Shown here in pieces: positions 57,513 to 64,000 of a stretch of DNA of 64,000 nucleotides. The first letter of the stretch is position 1, and each line of letters starts with the position of its first letter. The DNA is from Hyaloraphidium curvatum SAG 235-1. Lineage: Eukaryota > Fungi > Monoblepharomycota. The stretch is from the NCBI GenBank assembly GCA_025558095.1, contig JAIVFI010000035.1:186001-250000 (forward strand). The letters run 5' to 3'. The notes beneath the pieces were generated by a model. It did not search any database. It saw only the letters and a program-made list of their open reading frames with translations, and was not told where the DNA came from. The translations under genes were made by a program, and so were the position numbers.

Positions 57513-59601
57513 ATGGGCGTTGGCAACGGCGACGCCTCGCGGGACGCCCTCCTAAATGGGGACGACGAGATCGATTTTACGCTCGACGACGACGAGGACG
57601 ACGGGATCGAGCTGGCGCCGGCGTCCGTGTCGGCCCCGCACTGGGACCCGACAAAGAAGTCGTCGCTGCACCGCCGCGCGCAGCAGGCGCAGGGCCGCGG
57701 CGGCGCGTGGGCGTGGCTCTGCTGCTGCTGCGGGTTCGTCAGATGGATTCCGAGGACCTTCACTGCGCGCCCGATCATCTCGGCCGCCGTCGCGCTGTTC
57801 CTCGCGCTGCTCGCCGGCCTTATCGCGCTGGGCACGCTGCGGCCCGACCTGCTGGACCTGTCGGACCCGTTCGGCCTGCGCCAGGGCTATCAGACCGCCG
57901 CCCCGTCGTTCTCCCCCTTCGCCACCACGTACTTCCACGACGCGATCCTCGAGCAGAGGTTCTTCTGCGATCGTATGTACCCCGTTTTACGGGATCTCGT
58001 CCACCTTCCGCGCTCGCGCTTCCCGCTGCGCCTGGCCGCCGGCCTCGCCGTCTTTGGCCAGCCCAGCATGTCGCTGTACCTGCACCGCGGCGACGACTTT
58101 GTCTCGTCCTTCATCACCCGCAAGCAGGCCTGGGACGTGCCCAAGTCGCGCGCGGTGCTGCACCAGCTCGCGCTGTTCCAGAACGCGCACCCGGACCGGA
58201 ACCCCGCCGACGTGGTCCTGCTGGACGTTGGCGCCGGGATCGGCTGGTTCTCGTTGCTCGCGGCCAGCAAGGGCTTCTCAGCCGTCGCGTTCGAGCCCAT
58301 GCCGTCCAACGAGCTCGCCCTGCGCATGTCGGTCTGCCTGAACAACCTCACGGAGCGCGTGGTGGTGTTCAACAAGGGCCTGTCGTCGGCGCGGCGGACG
58401 TGCCCGCTGTTCTCGGGGGTACGCGACGTCGGCCGCGGCTTCGTCGTTGGGTGCGGTGAGGTCGGTGAGAACGGGACGCTCCTCTCGTCGGGGATCCTGG
58501 AGGAGGTCAAGGAGAACCTGCGCGAGAAGCTGGGGTCGGGCAACTTCGACTACTGGGCCGACCCGGGCGCGGGCGCGGCGCCCCCGGAAAAGGGCAAGTT
58601 CGTGCCCCCCTGGGGGATCGACATCGACGATCTGGACTGGTGGGACCGCCTGTCGAGGAGGAGCGGCGCGGGATCGAGGCTGGAGAGGAGGTTCAAGTAC
58701 AAGCACCGTGGCAAGGTGGAGCTGGTGCGGCTGGACGACGTCATGTTCGAGTTTTCCGAGGGCTGGGGCAAGGGCAAGTCGCTGGCAGTGGTCAAGATGG
58801 ACGTCGGTGGGTGGCACCGGGCCTGAACGGCGATCGCCGTCGAGTACCTGACCCCGTCCCGTTTCATCAGAGGGCCACGAACCCGCCGTCCTCTCGGGCG
58901 GCACCGAGACCCTCCTCACCGGCCCGCCCAAATCGCGTCCCAAGATCACGTCGGCCTTCTCCGTCCGCGCCCTCGGTGGCGAAGCCCCCGCGCGGGCATA
59001 TGCCTCGCTCTTCTTCGAGGCCGGCTACGCCGTCCGCGTCGGCCCCGCCGGCTGGCTCAACGAGACGGTGATCCGCGACCCGGACGAGCTGATGGCATAC
59101 GTCCGTTCGCTGCCGTGGAACGCGACCAACCTGTACCTGGAGAAGCTGGACGCGCGGACTGACGACGCGGACGAGGATGCGGTGCGCAAGACGGAGGAGG
59201 ACGAGCGGCGCGAGGGGAGGCCTGAGGTACCCAAAGGGAAGGAGGAGGCGGACAAGGAGGCCGCGGAGGAGGGGGAGCAGATCGAAGGGGAGGCCAAGCA
59301 GAAGGAGGGCGGGTTCGCGGACAAGCCCGCTCAAGTGGACAAGCCCAAGGAGGAGGGTCTGGAGAGCGAGGAGAAGGAGGACGAGACGGAGGAGGAAAAG
59401 TCGGAGGCGCCCGAGAAGGCAGACGGCGATGCGGCGTCCGCAACGGCAGCGGCGCCGGCGGAGACCCCTGCGCCGGAACCGCCGCGCAACGCGACGCTGC
59501 CCGTGGACGACGAGGAGCTGGAGGACGTGAACGCGGACTCGGAGATTGGCACGGCGGAGACGGGCAAGGCCGCGGGCGGGGGGAAGAAGGCGGATGGCTG
59601 A
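57513..59601 (+). CDS. FkbM/Methyltransf_21-family methyltransferase, type II membrane protein with acidic C-tail
   Basis: TM IISAAVALFLALLAGLIALG; LLDVGAGIGWFSL, AFEP, VRLDD, VVKMDV|EGHE across intron ~58807-58869. Confidence 0.85.
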
Positions 59602-59707
59602 TTGAAAGACGGAATTGGAGCTGAGCTGAGGCTTGTATCATCTTCTTGGCATCACTGCATAATCACTTGAATGCGGATGCATTACGCCCATGTGCCGAGC
59701 AAAGGGT

Positions 59708-61556
59708 TTAGGTCCTTCTTGGTCGGTACTCGGGTTGCTCGGCAAGGCTGAACAGCCTTCTGGCGATGTCGCTTGCCGGGGGGCGTTGGCTGGCTTCCCG
59801 CTTCCAACACGACCGCACAATGTTCCAAAGATCGTGAGGGACACGGGCTGGCTTGGTCGGAGTTTCTCCGGCCCGGATCTTGTTCGGAACCTGCCAGTTC
59901 AAGCAAGTCAGGGGTTGTTCGGCTCGATTCCAACCGCATACTCACATCCCAGTTGGGCACGTTGTGGTAAGGAGGGTTGCCCCCAGACAGAACCTCGTAC
60001 GCGAGCATTCCAAAGGTCCAAACGTCAGATGCGCGGCTGAATCCGGCGCTGTTGAAGAATTCCGGCGGCGCAAAGCGTAAGGTAGCACCCGCAGGGCTAC
60101 TGAACCTTGCACTGGAAGAAGCGTTTGCACTTGCAAAGTGACCGCTTGAGTCCATACTGGCGCCCTCCTTTGCAAGACCGAAATCAGCTATCTTGGCGAT
60201 AGGATCACCCCCGCCTTCAGGAACGTCCACAAGCACGTTCTCGGCCTTTAGATCTCCGTGCAGCATTCGTGGCACTTGCGAATGAATGAAAGACAGCCCG
60301 GCCGCAGTCTGAGCAAGCAGCTTGACAGATAAGCCCAGGTCATACGCCGGGCTCTGTCTCGATAAGTAGGTAAGCAGGTTGCCCCCTTTGTACAGCTTCG
60401 TGATGATCATTAGCCGCGACTCGTTGCAGTAGCCAATGAGAGGAACGACATGATCGTGAGGCGACAATTCACCCCAGACTTTGATCTCGTCCGCGAGTGA
60501 TCTTGTGGAGGAGGTCGAGCTACCAGGCGAACCTCCAGAGGTGCTCCGGTCCTTGGCAACTTTAACCGCCACGTCCATGAACTGGAACTGTCCAGCGAAA
60601 ACTTTACCAAATCCGCCCTCACCCAAGGCCACCGCCCATTCCACGTGAACGTCAGACTCCCTAACGAGCTTTCTGCGGTTCGCTGGCAGTGGAGCCATGG
60701 CCAGGTTCGGACCAGCTCGTTGCTGTGGTGGGTTTGGCACAGAATACGCAGGGCGTTCGGGAGCCACGTATCGTTCAGCAACAGGGTATGGATCTGTCCA
60801 TCGGGGATAGTTCGTGGGTGCGGCAGGAGCAACCGCGTCAAGTGTCTGGGCCGCAGCTGTCGGCATTGCGGGTGGAGCATATTGGTCCGCGGTCCAGGCA
60901 CGGTCAGGCACGTAGGTCGGAGGAGAATCAGTTTCGAAACGAGAGTCTTTAGCTGCGGGTGCTTTCGCCTTCTTCTTGTTCCAAAACCAGAAGAGACCGG
61001 CAGCAACTCCAACAGCGGCAACAGCGACACCAACAGCCGCTCCAATTATGGCCGTGGTGCTGGAGCTGGACGACACGGTTACTGACGAGGAGCCGCCGGA
61101 CGATCCTCCCGTTGACGATCCCCCCGATGACGATCCCCCAGATGACGATCCTCCGGAAGACCCTCCGGATGATGAGCCTCCGCCAGAAGATGAGCATCCC
61201 GAGCTAATGCAGTCCGTGCCGATGGGACACCACCACGTTGCTCCGGGCCCAAGGGCCGAGCTCCACAGGTTGTCGCAACACGTGTTGGTTGCCGGCATGC
61301 AGTCACCACCGCACGCTTCTGTTGTCGCTCCACAGCATCTGTATCCCGACGAGCCCCGTCGAGCAACGCACGTCTCTGTCGCGCTGCAGCTTGATCCGTC
61401 TGGGCAGCAGTCGCGAGTAGCGCTGATGCAGCCGTTGCCACAAGCACTCTCCGTGATCCCGCAAGACTGCGCCTGCGCCGGTGTTGCGAGCGTGGCGATG
61501 ACGACGGTGGCGGCAAGTGCACACAAAGCGGCGCGGAATGAGCTGCACCTTGCCAT
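59708..61556 (-). CDS. Receptor-like TKL kinase: signal peptide, Cys-rich ectodomain, Gly/Ser linker, TM, non-RD kinase
   Basis: LGEGGFGKV, VAVK, HGDLKAENVL, DFGLAK, FAPPE, SDVWTFG; one intron, then ..SCW....QRP; TM AIIGAAVGVAVAAVGVAAGLFWFW followed by a lysine cluster. Confidence 0.9.
61090..61195 (-). repeat. Degenerate 15-bp repeats encoding a GGSSS linker
   Basis: Recurring GATGACGATCCYCC-like units; the protein reads SSSGGGSSSGGSSGGSSSGG. Confidence 0.75.
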
Positions 61557-61668
61557 CGTGTGTGGTGTAGACGTCGGGCGGTCGGGTTCTGTTGCGCCAC
61601 GCCTTGTCCCACACACACAGCGCCGTCACAGTCCCAACCTTTTGTCGTCAAACGCTCCCAGAAATCTA

Positions 61669-63457
61669 CTACAGCGTAGCAAGTATTCCTACAATGGCAT
61701 CCGCAATTTCTTCAAAAGAATCCGGCCGTTTCAGCGGGTCTTGGTGCCACATCCATTGGATTAGCTGCCATAGATTGCGGTTCCGAGCTTCAACAGGGCC
61801 ACTCGTAGGCATCGTCGGTCGTTTACCGGCCATGAGTTCGGTAAGCACCTGGCCGATGGATGAAATCAGCTAACGACCCGCAGTACGACCCGCACCAGCA
61901 AGTTGGATGGGCTCTCACATTCGGGTGAACCTGTGTTTCCCGTGACAGATCGGGCCAGATCTCGTATGCACCGGACACAATCTCGAATGCAACCATAGAG
62001 AACGCGAACACATCGGATTTCACAGTGGTGCGTCCATTTCCTGACCGTGCCAGCTCCGGAGCAAGATGAGAGACTGTGCCTCCACGGAACCGGGCACCGG
62101 ATGTTCGCAAGGAAATGTTGTCCGTTACACGGGCCATGCCGAAATCAATGAGCATTGCTCGGTCTCCAGAGACGAGGCAGTTTCCAGCTTTGATGTCACC
62201 ATGGATTATTCCCCTGCGATGTAGGAAGGACACGGCCAGGGCAAAGCCATGAAGAAGCCGGAGAGCATCCGTCAGATACGTGCCAGATTTTCGACTAAAC
62301 CACAGCCAGGAATGGAGATCGGGTGAGCAGCCCTTGATCTTTGGCACCATCGGGGACACGACAAGCCACTCCGAGTCAAGTGGGACGTACCCAATCAGGG
62401 GGAAAAGGTTCGCGTAGCCCGGCTCGTTCACGTTGTCTCTTTGAAGAAGGCTGGCCAGAATGTTCACCTCTTTCTCAATCAAATTTCGATGGTGCCGCTC
62501 GATATCCGGCCCGTTCCTTTTGTTTATCGGGATCACTTTGACCGCGACAGATTCCCCACGGTACGTTCCCTTGTAGACTTTGGAATGACCACCGCCGCCA
62601 AGCTGATTGCTGGCTGTGGCAACGTACACAACGTCCTTGAGAGCAATCCTGTAGTGCTCAGCACCGATTCCAAAGTACGTTCGATATTTTGCAATGATGG
62701 CGGATCCAGTGGGGGAACACAGAACATAGGGCACAATGCCGCTGGAGTCCGGTCGATAAGGATCAGTCCGTTCGTGGATTCGCAGGAACTGGTGGATGAG
62801 AATCCGGAATCGCTGTGCATCTCGCTCCGGAAGCGATCCTTCGCGCTGACATAGATAAAAGAACGGCGTCCGACCATCGTTGTCAGTGAGGTTCAGCCTA
62901 GGCGCATTTTCCGCTGACATTTCCGGGTGGTTGACAATTGAATCAATCACGTCGGAGTGTCCGAAGCAGCACGCCAAAGACAGACCACTCTTCCCAGACC
63001 TCTCCTCGACGGCGTTGAAGTCGATGTATCCCTCATATCTGCAGAGCAATTTATCGACGAGCTCCACAGCCCCATCGCGACATGCCAGCAGCCACATTGT
63101 CATTCCGTCAATATCCGCCCGGTTCAGGCCCAAACTCTCCTGAGTGGCATCGAGCATTCCCACTAGAGCTTCAATGTAGCCGTGCTTGTACGCTAGAAGA
63201 ATTGCCGTGTCTCCGGTCGGTGTGGTTGCACCGAGGATCCGTTCCGCATTTTGGCGCGAAGCGAGGCGATCCACGAGCTCACGCGAGAACTGGGCATCGT
63301 CCGCTTCGCAGCTCAAATGAAGTCCGGTAAGACCAGATGCCTGCTCGCGAACATTGGCGTCGAAGGTGGGTTGGCGCAGAAAGTCGTTGACCGTGGCTCG
63401 GTTCCCAGTCCGGCACGCAGTGAACCACGCTCCAAGCAGAGCCGAATAAGCAGCCAT
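61669..63457 (-). CDS. Ankyrin-repeat TKL kinase (non-RD)
   Basis: Ankyrin GLTGLHLSC, GDTAILLA, GKSGLSLAC, GRTPF; kinase LGGGGHSKV, VAVK, HGDIKAGNCL, DFGM, HLAPE, SDVFAF; after an intron ..LWQLIQWMWHQDPLKRP; TAG at 61669-61671. Confidence 0.88.
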
Positions 63458-63825
63458 CGTGCACGATTAGGCTAAACGGAAGCCGGCGGCGCAGCAATGC
63501 GCTCTCATGCAATGCTGGTTCTTCAGGCGTGGGGGGGCACCGGAGTCGTCGACGCGGCGTGGCGCCGTCTCGACAAGAGATCGTTGATCAGTTCACATCA
63601 TGCACCATCAACCATGTTCGTTGTGGCAGCTGGCTTTTCCATGCGGGACATTTGCAGCTATCCAATACACGGAAGAATAGTGGTGGATGCAGGGGCCCGA
63701 CTTGAGTGCGTTCTGGCTTATTGAGTCGCAGTGCAAGTGGCATTCTTGAGGAAAGACCCGTAGCTATAGCAGACGTAGACTCGCATACGATCGGGCTGGA
63801 CAGTCATCTCCTCCTGAAGTGCACC

Positions 63826-64000
63826 TTACACATTCCGCTCGATCCAGCTCTGGATCAGCCCTTCGGGCGTCTCCGGGTAGTCCCGCCACTCCACGGTCCC
63901 ATCCGGCTTCAGGAACGAGTTGCCCTGCACGAACTGCTTCCGCGGCTGCTTGCGCGAGAGGACAATGTCCCGCCACGCGAGCATGCTGTCAGGCACGGCG
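63826..64000 (-). CDS. DPP3: C-terminus of dipeptidyl-peptidase III (M49), 5' truncated; not in the ORF track
   Basis: Manual translation gives AVPDSMLAWRDIVLSRKQPRKQFVQGNSFLKPDGTVEWRDYPETPEGLIQSWIERNV*, matching the DPP3 terminal motif RK.PRK.FVQ.N...Y....G.I.S..ER. Confidence 0.85.
   Translation of the reverse strand, partial: AVPDSMLAWRDIVLSRKQPRKQFVQGNSFLKPDGTVEWRDYPETPEGLIQSWIERNV

Noticed and set aside
61090-61195. Regularly spaced short repeats as a CRISPR array
   Set aside because: Degenerate coding repeats of a Gly/Ser linker with no spacers and no cas genes, in eukaryotic DNA.
63764-63976. 70-aa ORF from the track
   Set aside because: Wrong frame; the real frame encodes the DPP3 C-terminus ending at 63826.

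Overview
Eukaryotic nuclear DNA, not prokaryotic: GC-rich and very gene-dense (about 30 protein-coding genes in 64 kb), with mostly ~50-65 nt GT-AG introns. Gene content (AP-1 gamma adaptin, MLH3, Mdj1, Snu17, ankyrin-DIL, Pib1-like FYVE-RING, TKL kinases) points to a fungus. An early-diverging lineage such as a monoblepharid (Hyaloraphidium/Gonapodya type) is my inference and is not verified. Most long ORFs in the supplied track are antisense or off-frame artefacts of high GC, so gene models were rebuilt by hand across introns and internal exon boundaries are approximate. I found no convincing rRNA, tRNA, CRISPR array or transposon. The best candidate for an undescribed system is a head-to-head pair of ABCG half-transporters (47486-53318). 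Both have non-canonical signature motifs (VSSGE; LSTGE as in ABCG5), no Q-loop Gln and a large helical ectodomain insert, and they are directly followed by an SREBP-type (Tyr12) bHLH factor. Other highlights: a plant-type TBL O-acetyltransferase plus two secretory-pathway methyltransferases, an intronless E. coli-like deoC, a non-RD receptor-like kinase next to an ankyrin kinase, SSADH with possible mitochondrial/peroxisomal dual targeting, and alternating C-rich/G-rich synonymous-codon blocks inside exons.
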